Notes: a model not told the origin generated them from the letters alone. Shown: positions 1 to 11,410, numbered from the stretch's first letter. The stretch: 23,116 nt of DNA from Octopus sinensis (GCF_006345805.1 NW_021836573.1:1-23116), one strand, 5' to 3'. Numbers and translations are program-made.

Positions 1-106
1 TCATTCTTAATGTGGTACTAGTTTTTTTTTCGTTCGTTTTTAAATATTTCTTTCTCATTTGTTTTAAAGTACTTCCTGTAAATAGCTTTATACCTTGCAA
101 TGTTAC

Positions 107-228
107 ATATACAAATATACATACATACATAGATACATACAAACATACATACATACAACATACATACATACATACATGTATATATGTATGTATCAATGGA
201 TATAAATTCGTATATTTATGTATGTACA
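107..228. repeat. (CATA)n/(TATG)n microsatellite
   Basis: Direct reading: atacatacat... followed by tatgtatg... Confidence 0.85.
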
Positions 229-382
229 TGGGTCGATGGATGAATAGCTTGCTTACCAATCCCATTGTTCCGGGTTCAGTCCCACGTCGTGGCACCTTAG
301 TCAAGTGTCTTCTACTCTAGTCTCAGGCCGACCAAAGCCTTCTGAGTGGATTTGGTAGATGGAAACTGAAAGAAGCCCATCA
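229..382 (+). mobile_element. SINE family A (tRNA-derived head, CORE-like motif), 5' half only
   Basis: agcttgcttaccaat...ccgggttcagtccca (B-box-like)...gtggcaccttagtcaagtgtcttct...ggatttggtagatggaaactgaaagaagccc matches the copies at 4905, 7811, 13979, 14707 and 17491; the 3' half is absent. Confidence 0.85.
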
Positions 383-488
383 TATATCTACATACACACA
401 CATAAATATACATATATATATATGTATATATATGTGTGTGTATGTGTGTGTGCGTGAGTATGTGTGTGTGTATTTGTGTGTGTGTTTG

Positions 489-521
<33 letters not shown>
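383..521. repeat. (TA)n/(TG)n microsatellite (SINE linker merging with LINE tail)
   Basis: Direct reading. Confidence 0.85.
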
Positions 522-978
522 CCGCTAGGTCGAGGTCGACTCTCGGGCACTAGTTGGATCAGTGTCCTCCAGTCAGTTCTATCCTGGGCCGCTTCTTTCA
601 GATTGGCTATGTCCATTCCGGTATCACTCTTGATGGCGTCAACCAGCGGGTTCTTGGTCGGCCTCTTCTTATCTTGCCACTGACCATTCCGAACATGATG
701 TCCTTCTCCGGCAATTTTCTCCGCATAACATGACCGAAATATGCCAACCTATGCTTGGTGATCCTAGCTTCTAGCGACATTTTCGGCCTAATCTGCTTAA
801 GAACTTCTCCATTGGTGAGCCTCGCTGTCCATGGAATCCGTAAAATCTTCTCCAACACCAAAACTCGAATGCATTAATTCTCTTCTGGTCAGCTTTCTTT
901 AGTGTCCAGGTCTCGCATCCATATGTTGCTATTGGTAAGACAATTGCATTCACCAATCTGCATTTGGTGGCAAGTCTA
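522..978 (-). mobile_element. RTE-clade (BovB-like) LINE, 3' end of RT ORF, frameshifted
   Basis: Three overlapping minus-strand frames join into TKCRLVNAIVLPIATYGCETWTLKKADQKRINAFEFWCWRR / ILRIPWTARLTNGEVL...HRLAYFGHVMRR...EKDIMFGMVSGKIRRGRPRTRWL / LKEAAQDRTDWRTLI, the typical RTE C-terminus; it ends at a (TA)n tract. Confidence 0.92.
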
Positions 979-1119
979 AAGTAAATGAATCGGTTAAACA
1001 TCGATATCCTGGGAGTCAGCGAAGTTCATTGAACTGGCATTGGTTTCTTCAACTCTGGTGATCATACAATGTACTTTTCGGGCAAGTAAGCAAGACAACA
1101 TGAAGTGGGATTTGTTCTA
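979..1119 (+). mobile_element. RTE-clade LINE APE-endonuclease N-terminal fragment (inverted relative to 522-978)
   Basis: From ATG 985: MNRLNIDILGVSEVH*TGIGFFNSGDHTMYFSGK*ARQHEVGFVL, resembling the BovB-type EN motif EM.RLNIDILGISE..WTG.G.F.S.DH..YY.G; two in-frame stops. Confidence 0.85.
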
Positions 1120-1121
1120 TG

Positions 1122-1368
1122 GAGTGTGAGAAGGACCCCTTTGAATTACAGGTACAACAGAAACAAGAAGAAAGAGTAAGAGAAATTTGTACTTAAAGGG
1201 CACAGCAGGGTTCACCATCAGTCGCACTGGTTTTACGTGTTTTCGCATTAAGTGGAGCTTTGCGTGTTTTAGCTGAATAAACAGTCACAAGGCCCGGTCT
1301 GGGTATCGAAACCACTATTCTACAACCGTGAGTCTGCGGCTCTAACCCCTGGACCATTACATTCCCAC
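1122..1368 (-). mobile_element. SINE family C (tRNA-derived), diverged
   Basis: Reverse complement reads aatggtccaggggttagagccgcagactcacggttgtagaatagtggtttcgatacccagacc (A/B boxes)...tggtgaaccctgctgt...actctttcttcttgtttctgttgtacctg; homologous to 11718-11945. Confidence 0.75.
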
Positions 1369-1496
1369 TCTAGAGAGAATAGAGATTCAATGTCTAATGA
1401 ATCACCAGCATAAATCGTACATTGCATTATTTAAAAAATGTTTAGTGAATGAATCAACGGAGCGGTTTTATTCTCATGTTTTGTTCTATCTGTACC

Positions 1497-1587
1497 AGAA
1501 ACTTCTAAGGATCTTGCATGCCATATCAACTTTACTATTGATGTGAACAGTCCAGCTGAAATTGTTGTCAACAGTCACTCCTAATAC
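1497..1587 (-). mobile_element. CR1/L2-type LINE RT fragment
   Basis: Minus-strand translation VLGVTVDNNFSWTVHINSKVDMACKILRS fits the LGV..D..L.W..HI...V.KA...LG motif at the end of the CR1/L2/Jockey-group RT domain. Confidence 0.65.
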
Positions 1588-1637
1588 ATACATTTACATA
1601 TATACATAAATCATACATAAATATATATAAATATGTC

Positions 1638-1687
<50 letters not shown>

Positions 1688-1830
1688 ACACATATATATA
1701 TATATATATAATATATATTATATATATATTGTTTGCTTATAGTATATGTATATTTATATCTATGTTTATATTTATGACAATCTATGTATGTATGTATCAT
1801 CTATTTATCTATCTATGTCTCTATATAAAT
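1588..1830. repeat. (TA)n-rich compound microsatellite
   Basis: Direct reading. Confidence 0.85.
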
Positions 1831-1996
1831 ATATCTTCTTTCTATAAGGAGAGAGGAGTAGTGAGAAAGAGATAGGGAGATAAATATAGGTGAATGTGAG
1901 TGTGTATGTGTGTTTGATCTATGGACATATGTGTATTTATATACACGTCTCCATATGCCAATGCATAGATGCGCACCGCACACTGACACCCATAAA

Positions 1997-2047
<51 letters not shown>

Positions 2048-2160
2048 ATCTATCTATCTATCTATATATATATAAATATATATATTTCTATCTATCTATC
2101 TATCTATCTATCTATATCTAACTAACTAACTAATTATCTATCTGTCTATCTATCTATCTA
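1997..2160. repeat. (TATC)n microsatellite
   Basis: Direct reading. Confidence 0.9.
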
Positions 2161-2389
2161 GCTATGTACGCACTCACAGACAACAGTCACACACACATAC
2201 ACACATACACATACACACACACGTACATATATGCCTGTAGTTGTGTGTGGGTGTGCGCGTGTGTATGTGGTTGTTATTTGGAATGATATATAAACACACA
2301 AGTTTTTACATAGATTTCTTCATAATTTCTTCTCATTGTTTTGAGATACTAATAAATTCTCCATACAACAAATAATAAACATCCTCGCG

Positions 2390-2452
<63 letters not shown>

Positions 2453-2500
2453 CATTACTGCTGCCGCTACTGTTGTTGCTGTTGTTGTTGCTGTGCTGCA
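2390..2500. repeat. (CTA)n followed by (TGT/TGC)n
   Basis: Direct reading. Confidence 0.9.
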
Positions 2501-2624
2501 TCTACTGATAATAGTAAGAGTCGTTTTATTCCCCGTAGCATTTTTCCATCTAAATGGTTTCAGATAATAGATTATTTATATTCGCCTCAATTATGACTTT
2601 TCTCTTCTCCGTGTTTGTACAGAT

Positions 2625-2768
2625 ACACACACACAAACACGAAATCATATACATACACACACGCACACATATATGTATACATTTTTATATATGAGAATGT
2701 ATATTATATATATACAATATAATATTATATATACACATATATATATTCATATATTACATATATATATA

Positions 2769-2825
<57 letters not shown>

Positions 2826-2840
2826 TGTTGTGTGTGTGTA
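2625..2840. repeat. (CA)n/(TA)n compound microsatellite
   Basis: Direct reading. Confidence 0.85.
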
Positions 2841-3537
2841 AATACTTCAGTTTGTATAGGTAATACGTATTATTAAAATGTGTACGCATATGTATGTACC
2901 TATGTATGCATGTATATATGCATGCGTATTCATGATTTTATGTGCATGTATATATATATATAAATTTCTGCCTTACGTGTATGTACCTGTGTGCGAGTGT
3001 GCTTGAGTATGTGTCTGTGTTTGTATGTGTACGCTGGTGTGTGTGTGTATGAATGTGTGTGAGTGTGTATGTGTGTGTCTGAGCGTATATATTTGCGTGC
3101 GTGAAGCATCTACGTCTTTGTATCTTTTTATCCAGTTTTATTTTCAAAATGGCGTATACGTGATGACATTTTTCATAATAACGTAAATTATTACTTGAAA
3201 TAAAACTTTTAAATGTTTTCATAAACAACTTTAACACAGACGCAGCCATACTTATTCTCTCACTCAAACACATACCACACAGATACTAACACACACACAC
3301 ACACACAACACCTCAACACGTACCTACACATACCCATTGTCGAATATTATGATAAGGTGATATTCTGCATTGTACGAAGACTCAGATCAGCGGGGTTTCA
3401 CCTCGCCACATCTGTTACAATCAGTTCCTTGAAGCTATGAAACATGCTATTGATAAAAATAAGACAAAACGTGAGATTTAATGGATTCCACTGTCTTCTT
3501 CATCCTCTTTATTTTCCAACTTCCTTCCCCTACCTAT

Positions 3538-3562
3538 TTAATTATTATTATCATTATTGCTA

Positions 3563-3593
<31 letters not shown>

Positions 3594-3602
3594 TATTAAT
3601 TA

Positions 3603-3647
<45 letters not shown>

Positions 3648-3890
3648 GCTTGTTGTTGATAGTATAAGTATTATTATTGTTGTTGTTGTTGTTAGTATTA
3701 TTATTATCATTATTGTTATTAATATTATTACTGTGGTGTTGCTGCTGTGATTGTTTTTTTGTTGCTGGTGTTTTCAGTATTTTCTTATCAATCTGTTGTT
3801 ATTATTATCATTATTATTATTATTATTATTATTGATTATACAAACATATATACATACATAAATATATATGTATAGATATAGATATATGTG

Positions 3891-3921
<31 letters not shown>

Positions 3922-3979
3922 AATATGCGTATATATACGTATATGTATATACCATACACACACACACACAACACACACA

Positions 3980-4012
<33 letters not shown>

Positions 4013-4170
4013 CTTACATATATACATATATTTATACCTATATATGCTTTTGCTGTTTGAATACTTGCTTATATATATATATATATTATATATATATATA
4101 TATATAATATATATAATATATATATATATATTATATATATATATATATATTATATATATATAATATATAT
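3538..4170. repeat. (ATT)n/(GTT)n followed by (TA)n compound microsatellite
   Basis: Direct reading; source of the poly-Ile and IY-repeat ORFs. Confidence 0.9.
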
Positions 4171-4399
4171 ACGATCATGTAAACATGTACATGCTCGCAG
4201 ATAGATACCTCCATGCATAAATACATGCATATGCATACATTACAAATACATACATACATACATCCATATGCACACTTACATATACATTTGTTGCATGATT
4301 AGTTTACCTTCTATTTTGTTCGCATCTGTTCTTAAAATGTTTTGCACTGATTTCATTGTTGTGCAGTCTCTCCATTGTAATTCCGGTAAACAAATACCC

Positions 4400-4483
4400 A
4401 TTATTACGATTATTATATTATTATTATCTTCATCTTCATTATTATTATTATTATTATTATTATAATTATTATTATATTACTAC

Positions 4484-4517
<34 letters not shown>

Positions 4518-4521
4518 TAGT

Positions 4522-4558
<37 letters not shown>

Positions 4559-4593
4559 AGTAGTAGTAGTAGTAGTAGTAGTAGCGGTAGTAG
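4400..4593. repeat. (TTA)n followed by (TAG)n microsatellite
   Basis: Direct reading. Confidence 0.9.
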
Positions 4594-4647
4594 TAACGGA
4601 AATGAAATCGTTACTGTTATTTTAATGGTAGGAGTCGAATGAATAAA

Positions 4648-5620
4648 TGCCAGTTCTCTCAAGTTGGCGCGTAAGAGTAAACACGTGTTGAACAATTTGT
4701 GGTTACTGCGTTCGTATTCTTGTAGGCATTGTTGACTTCCAGCATTCCCCGGACACAATTCTGTACCTTATTGGGAACTGTCCACAAGGCATACAACCTG
4801 AATAACGTGTATCAACGAAAGACTTTCGAAATTTTATTTCAAAAGACTCTGGTGATGAGGTAAGTACGACTGTGCTTTCTCTGAGCAATGCAGTGTAGCT
4901 GATCACTCTTACTATTTTACTCTTTTACTCTTTTACTTGTTTCAGTCATTTGACTGCGGCCATGCTAGAGTACCACCTTTACTCGAGCAACTCGACCCCG
5001 GGACTTATTCTTTGTAAGCCTAGTACTTATACTATCGGTCTCTTTTGCCGAAGCGCTATGTGACGGGGACATAAACACACCAGCATCGGTTGTCAAGCAA
5101 CGCTAGTGGGACAAACACAGACACACAAACACATATATATATATATACATATATACGACGGGTTTCTTTCAGTTTCCGTCTACCAAATCCACTCACAAGG
5201 CTTTGGTCGGCGCGAGGCTATAGTAGAAGACACTTGTCCAAGGTGCCACGCAGTGGGACTGAACCCGAAACCATGTGGTTGGTAAGCAAACTACTTGCTA
5301 CACAGCCACACATGCGCCTATGCAAGAATCAGACTACATCATCGTTGAATAATTGCCATATTGGTTATTTTATATGTATCGATAGACGTTTGTTGGGTGG
5401 AATTCTTCATTTGTTGCCAGACATTTACTGGACCACGTCGTTCATAAGGGAACAGTGGATCTGTTTCAGCAGCTACGAATGGAAATATAAATGCTATCCC
5501 TATCATTATGCTCAGAATCAGTTTCCAGTTGTATGACTAGAGTTACATTAGATTGGAATGCATCAATATGGCTTTGGACATGCCATAGATCCTGATCCGA
5601 CACGTTGTTTCATAATGCTT
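4648..5620 (-). mobile_element. Possible highly decayed CR1-like LINE, interrupted by the SINE at 4905-5319
   Basis: Broken minus-strand motifs occur in the expected order: VQSHIDAF..SYNWKLILS; IAQRKHSRTYLITRVF; LE-VQQC-TRI; SY...LRELA. Many frameshifts, so weak. Confidence 0.35.
4905..5319 (-). mobile_element. SINE family A, full length
   Basis: Reverse complement begins aggcgcatgtgtggctgtgtagcaagtag (A-box region), then gggttcagtccca, ccttggacaagtgtc, an internal (TA)/(TG) linker, and ends gtcaaatgactgaaacaagtaaaa(gagtaaaa)n. Confidence 0.93.
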
Positions 5621-6817
5621 TCCTTAGTTTAAGCAATATGTGTAAGTTAGGCTGGCGTTTAGATTCGTATTCTTAAATACGCTACCTTTGCTCTCAACTT
5701 AGTCAGGATTAAAGACTGGAGATCAGGGAGTTGAAACCGCTGTTCCTAAAGAAGATATCAGTATATAAAAAGTAGGATCAGTGGAAGCCAGAAGCGATGG
5801 ATGTCAGATTTAGTAATGTCACTCTGGAAAAGGTTTGAAACGTTGATGATCACTCTACTTATCGCTGTAGTGACGGAAACATCGGAAACAGGAATATCAG
5901 AAAGTTAGTGGAACATATAAGCCATAACTTATATTTCTGGTTGCAACGTGATTCTAGGAAATGATATTTCGAGCAGATGAGATGCTGCTTCCAGCATATA
6001 GATGCTCATTTGATCATATTCTTTATGTGGTTCGATTTAATGTTCCGGGTGGAAAATAATTTGCGTAAATAGTGCCAACGGTCACCTCATTTCTGTCGCG
6101 GTGTGTCGCATTGATGAAGTGCAGTCATATAAATAAACAGCGACGTCTTCAGAATTTCAGAGGTTGGACTAGTTGGAACGGTGTAGACTTTGTTTCTGCG
6201 ATGAATATTTCCATATATTTCCCCACCTATCACGAACCAGAGCTGTGGCCTTCGTTCACGCGCATACAGAATTTGTGCCTTTTCTCCTCTGAAACGTAGG
6301 CACATGAGCACTGCACTTTGCTATTTAGGCAACGCATCAGTCATCGCCTCTTTATAGAAACTCCATAGCGGCTATGGATGTCAGTGTTTTGTCATCGATT
6401 CTAGGCTGGAGGAGAACAATCTGAAGTATCTATTCAAAAGCCATATTCGTTGTGCTATTACGAACACATTCAATAAGGTAGCGTTATTACCTCTTTTGTA
6501 TAAATCATTATTCAACCTCACTCTAATAATATTCGTAAAATGCAGTCAAAATTGGAATGCGTCTATAAATACACTTTTGCTTAATACCTTATTGATTATT
6601 TGATCTTGCAATAAGTATCTATACATTAAATGTATTGCGGTACATTTTACCTGTTTTTTTGCTTACATCTATTTAAAAAAATCCACTCCAGATCGACACA
6701 ATTTTTTTCTTCCGAACTTATTAAGTACTGTGTTCGTTTTTTCTCGCGTTACCACATCTTCCGATTAATGCGAATTAGTGCCAACATTAACGAAATTGAT
6801 TTTATAATTATTCAAAC

Positions 6818-7022
6818 GGTAGTTCGCAGAATTAGTAGAAGGACAGATAAAAGGTCTTGTGATAGTTAGCTGCATACATTTTATTCCTGATGTTCAAATA
6901 CCCTCGGGTCATATTTACCTTTCATCATTCCGGTGAAAAGTATATTAATATCTCCGTAGTACATTTACGGTAAACGTCTGAACCCTCTCCCTAAAAAGTT
7001 AAAACTTTGTGCCTTTGATAAA
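6818..7022 (+). mobile_element. SINE family B (Deu/Nin-like domain), very diverged
   Basis: gcagaattagtag...gttcaaataccctcgggtca..tttacctttcatcattccgg aligns with gcagaatcgttag...gttcaaattccgccgaggtcgactttgcctttcatcctt of the 18769 copy. Confidence 0.5.
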
Positions 7023-7324
7023 GTCAACATTCACTTTTCCTCTCTTTATGTTCAACATTGAAATATCAATATAATGAATATACTGATACATATTCGAATA
7101 AATATCTTCGTCTTGATTGTTAGATTTACTATACTAACTTGAAAAATATCGATGTTGAACAGTGATAAATAACTATCTCAGAAATTCAGACAATACGAGA
7201 ATCGATATCTATCGATAAGACACTCTCACAAAGCCTATGTTATCGTTGAAAATGTGTCAGCCTTGCAAATGTTTGTTGACCTTGAAAATGTTTTCCAAGA
7301 TTTGTTAACTTCAAAATGTTTGTT

Positions 7325-7476
7325 CCATCTATCCATCCAATCACCCATAAATATATCCATCTGTCCATGTAATACATGCATCCATCGATCTATCCAAACC
7401 ATCCACCCACCATCCATCCATCGATCCATCGATCCATCAATCCAGCCTTCCATCCATCAATCCAGCCAGCCAGCCA
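7325..7476. repeat. (CCAT)n/(CCAG)n microsatellite, probable tail of the adjacent RTE remnant
   Basis: Direct reading; lies 3' of 7490-7745 on the minus strand. Confidence 0.85.
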
Positions 7477-7489
7477 ACTATTTTCTCCT

Positions 7490-7745
7490 CCCATTATTCC
7501 TGGGAGGGTTGTAGAGACATCGAACACCACTTCCAGACTACCCTATCAGAAACAATTATCGCTAGATTTTCCCGACGGCCACCAACAGAGACTGAGAATA
7601 TTACCATCCAAACACTCTGCTTTTGGTTCACCTCAACGCCTGCTGCTCGTTTGGTCGAGTTGAAGAATAGAATCCCTCTTACAATTATTCGCTGCGATAT
7701 TCCAGCAACACGTTCGTAGAACCACAGCTTCTCGGAGTGCGTTGT
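7490..7745 (-). mobile_element. Decayed RTE-type LINE 3' end
   Basis: Minus-strand frames give KLWFYERVAGISQRIIVRGIL / RR*GEPKAECLDGNI / DRVVWK, resembling RL.WFGHV.R...RRRGRPK..W.D.I...DR..WR; followed by a microsatellite tail. Confidence 0.5.
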
Positions 7746-7810
7746 GTGTAAACATAAATGATTCTGCGAGAGGGGATTTTTAGATAAGCACCACCAACGA
7801 TTTATTTAAT

Positions 7811-8210
7811 CTTACTCTCTCTCTTTTACTCTTTTACATGTTTCAGTCATTTGATTGCGGCCATACAGGAGCACCGCCTTTAATCGAGCAACTCGATCCC
7901 GGGACTTATTCTTTTGTAAGCCCAGTAATTATTCTATCGGTCTCTTTTGCCGAACCGCTAAGTAACGGGGACATAAATACACCAGCATCTGTTGTCAAGC
8001 AATGCTACGGGAACAAACACAGACACACAAACATACACACATACATATATATATATATATATACATATATATGACGGGCTTCTTTCAGTTTCCGTCTACC
8101 AAATCCACTCACAAGGCTTTGGTCGGCCCGAGGCTATAGCAGAAGACACTTGCCGAAGGTGCCACGCAGTGGGATTGAACCCGGAACCATGTGGCTGGTA
8201 AACAAGCTAC
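7811..8210 (-). mobile_element. SINE family A, lacking the first ~25 bp
   Basis: Collinear with 4905-5319, including the linker and the (gagtaaaa)n tail. Confidence 0.93.
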
Positions 8211-8916
8211 ACTCGACTTGTATACCCATGTCATACATAATACCATGTACGACATTTCAGAACTGAACCTATTGCAACATTCATACGATTAAAATATGTC
8301 TTCGCGAGTGTAAACCTGCGTGTGTACGTGTGTGTTTTATGTTTCTGTCTGTGCGTCTCTGTTTGTGAGTGTGTGGGCGATTTCTAATGGCATTTTGACG
8401 GAAGAAAAATGGGGGTAAACCTTAGTTTTTTTTTATTAGTGCCCTAACGGTTACGAGTAACTTCTTCAAAATTCCTCGCTAGACCCCTATAGTATCGAGG
8501 AAGAACGTTCCAAACTGGTGACATGAATTTCTTCCTATGAACAAAGTGAAACTTAGGAAGCAAAAAAAAAAAAAAAAAATTTCTAAGGAAATAATAATAA
8601 TAATAATATTTATAAAAAATGATAGAAATAAAAATATAAATAAATTAATGTGGAATGATGCTAAGTTTCATGTCTGAGAAAATCTTTTATTCTTTATCAT
8701 AGAACTTCAAATCAAATAAAGCATTGACACAATACCGAAAGTTTTGATTGCCTAGAACTGGAAGAGCCAATATCCCAAGGAAAACCATACTTTTAGTCTG
8801 AACTTGTTCAGAGAATAAACGAGAATACTGCAAAAGAAAACTTTCTCTTTTTTTTTTTTTTGTTTTCATTTTCAAATTCTCAAGACGTATGATAATGCTA
8901 TCTAACGCTCGCAGCG

Positions 8917-9372
8917 TGATGACGATGATGATGCCGATGATGATGACGGTGATGATGATGATGAAGATGATGATGATGATGATGATGATGATGGTGATGG
9001 TGGTGGTGATGGTGATGATGATGATGATGATGATGATGATGGTGATGGGTGGTGGGATGTGATGGTGATGATGATTGTGATGATGATGATGATGATGATG
9101 ATGAGGATGATGATGATGAGATGATGGTGATGACTGTGATGATGATGAATGAAGATGATTGATGATGATGATGATGATGATGATGTTGATGACGGTGATG
9201 ATGATGATAAGAAGATGATGATGATTGATGATGATGATGATGATGATGATGATTGATGGTGGTGGTGATGGTGATTGATGAATGGGTGATGACGCGACGA
9301 CGATGATGAGATGATGATGACGAGTCTTGATTTGGAACACAATAGAAGAAAAATACGAAGAACAGCAACAAG

Positions 9373-9411
<39 letters not shown>

Positions 9412-9448
9412 GCTGCTACTACTACTACTACTACTACAACCACCACCT

Positions 9449-9519
<71 letters not shown>

Positions 9520-10003
9520 GCTACTACTACTACTACTACTACTACAACAGTTGGTGTTGCTTACTGCTGCAACTAGAGGTGATGGTGATAATAATATTGC
9601 TGATGTTTATGACAATAAATATAAATATAACGAATGAGAAAACAACAATAAAAACTACAACTACTACTGCTGCTGCTACTACTATCACCACTACAAATAA
9701 TAATAATAATAATAATAATAATATAATAATAATAATAATAATAACAACAATAATAATAATGATAATGATAAAGGAAGTGATAATAATAATTTTAACGTTG
9801 CTGTTGATGATGATGAGGGAGAGAAGGAGGACGACGGCGACGACGATGGTGATGCTTACGGTGACGATGATGCTGATGGCAGACGACGACGACGGCCATG
9901 ATGTCCGAGGCGATACTGTTGATGATGATGATGATGATGATGACGATGATGATGATGACGATGATGATGATGATGATGATGATGATGACGACGATGATGA
10001 TGA
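8917..10003. repeat. Trinucleotide mosaic: (GAT)n, (CTA)n, (AAT)n, (GAT/GAC)n
   Basis: Direct reading; source of the poly-H/S/I/Y/L/D ORFs. Confidence 0.93.
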
Positions 10004-10257
10004 TTTCGGAAAAACAGCGCCGAGGCAAATGATTCCCTAATATAATTATTTCAAGCCAGTGATTTCTTATTGTTTCTTTGTAACCTTCAGAACAATTAAG
10101 ATCATTCTAGAACTAATATTGCTAATGAAATTAATAAACTGCGAAATATATAATAGAATAAATTAGAGCTAGGACAAAGCAAGCGTTGCTTTGTTTCACC
10201 ACGGCAAGGTGAGAGTGGGTGGGAGTGGATGCGACGTGGTGGAAGTGAAATGTGTGA

Positions 10258-10337
10258 TAAGGAAGAAAGAAAGAAAGAAAGAAGTGATGACGATAGTGAT
10301 CATGATAATGATGATGATGATAGTGATGATAATAATG

Positions 10338-10389
<52 letters not shown>

Positions 10390-10670
10390 GAAGAAGAAGA
10401 AGAAGAAGAAAAAGAAGAAGTAGAGCAAGAAGAAGTAGGATGAGAAGAAAAAATAGAAGAAGAAGAATAAAGAAAAAAGAAGAGGAAGTGGAAGAAGTGG
10501 TGGAAGAAGAAGAGGAAGATGAAGAGGAAGATGAAGAAGAAGAAGAAGAAGAAGAAGAAGAAGAAGAAGAAGAAGAAGAAGAAGAAGAAGAAGAAGAAGA
10601 AGAAGAAGAAGAAGAAGAAGAAGCACAACAACAACAACAACAGCAAGAAAAGAAAAGAAAAAAAGAAAAT
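10258..10670. repeat. (GAT)n-(AAT)n-(GAA)n-(CAA)n compound microsatellite
   Basis: Direct reading; source of the poly-E/F/S ORFs. Confidence 0.93.
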
Positions 10671-10673
10671 GTT

Positions 10674-10875
10674 GAGTCGGCAGAACCGTTAGCAAGCCGG
10701 TCAAAATGCTTAACGGTGTTTAGACCGTCTGTACGTTCTGAGTTCAAATTCCGCCGGGATTGATTTGCCTTTCATCTTTTCGTAGTCGAAATAATAGCTT
10801 ACAGTGGAGGTCGATCAAATCGAATTACCTCCACCACCGTGAATTGTTGGACTTCTACCAAAATTTGAAACAAAT
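10674..10875 (+). mobile_element. SINE family B variant (Deu/Nin-like domain), diverged, with a different 3' tail
   Basis: ggcagaaccgttagcaagccggtcaaaatgcttaacgg...acgttctgagttcaaattccgccgggattgatttgcctttcatcttttcg...ggtcgatcaaatcgaatt, then ...accaaaatttgaaac before a (CAA/CTA/AAT)n tract. Confidence 0.8.
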
Positions 10876-10883
10876 AACAACAA

Positions 10884-10947
<64 letters not shown>

Positions 10948-10995
10948 TATTATTATTATTATTATTATTCTTATTATTATTATTGGTATTATTAT
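10876..10995. repeat. (CTA)n-(AAT)n-(ATT)n microsatellite with strand switch
   Basis: Direct reading. Confidence 0.9.
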
Positions 10996-10998
10996 AGA

Positions 10999-11410
10999 AT
11001 GGAATTTGAACACCAGAAGAGCGGAATAACCTACCTAAAAAGAGACATGGTATAGTCCCTAGCAGGGATAGAATTACCGAATAGAGACTCGATTAAGCCA
11101 ATTGAAACGGAAGGATACGAATACCTTGGAGTATTGGAGTGCAACGAGATAATGGAAAACGAAATGAAAGAACAACTGAGAATGGAGTATTTCTGAAGAC
11201 TGAAGTTGGTGTTGCTCTCAAAACTGACTGGATGGAATAAAATCCAAGGAGTTAGTACGTGGGCGATAGCATCGCTTTGGTATGGAGCGGGAATTATAAA
11301 GTGGCAAAAGAGAGAAATGAAGAAAATGGATAGCAACACCAGAAAAATGTAATAGTAAATGTATGACAACAAAAGAATGAGTGAGACCTCGATATTATGT
11401 AAGTAGAGGA
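10999..11410 (+). mobile_element. R4/Dong-clade non-LTR retrotransposon RT fragment (pseudogenised)
   Basis: From ATG 10999: MEFEHQKSGITYLKRDMV*SLAGIELPNRDSIKPIETEGYEYLGVLECNEIMENEMKEQLRMEYF*RLKLVLLSKLTGWNKIQGVSTWAIASLWYGAGIIKWQKREMKKMDSNTRKM*, then a shifted RYYVSR. Fits the R4/Dong pattern MEF..KC..LKRG..GIELP..YKYLG.LE..EMKE..EY.RR..L.SKL.G.N.I.A.NTWA..LRYGAGI..W..D.KTRK. Confidence 0.85.

Noticed and set aside
4726-4859. Plus-strand exon-like segment (ttcttgtag| ... GAG|gtaagt) with one open frame
   Set aside because: Peptide is unrecognisable and the antisense strand shows decayed CR1-like motifs; not excluded without RNA data
5090-5536. 148-aa ORF and similar ORFs at 7838, 7992, 14702 and 18732
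   Set aside because: Translations of SINE sequence
6060-6311. Complex sequence with 74-75 aa ORFs and faint Tc1/mariner C-terminal resemblance
   Set aside because: No catalytic motif or TIR could be identified
7049-7161. Inverted repeat tgttcaacat...atgttgaaca (possible MITE)
   Set aside because: Only 10 bp perfect, no TSD, AT-rich background
8687-10763. Long ORFs (up to 237 aa) with poly-H/S/I/Y/D/E/F
   Set aside because: Translations of trinucleotide microsatellites, open in several frames and on both strands
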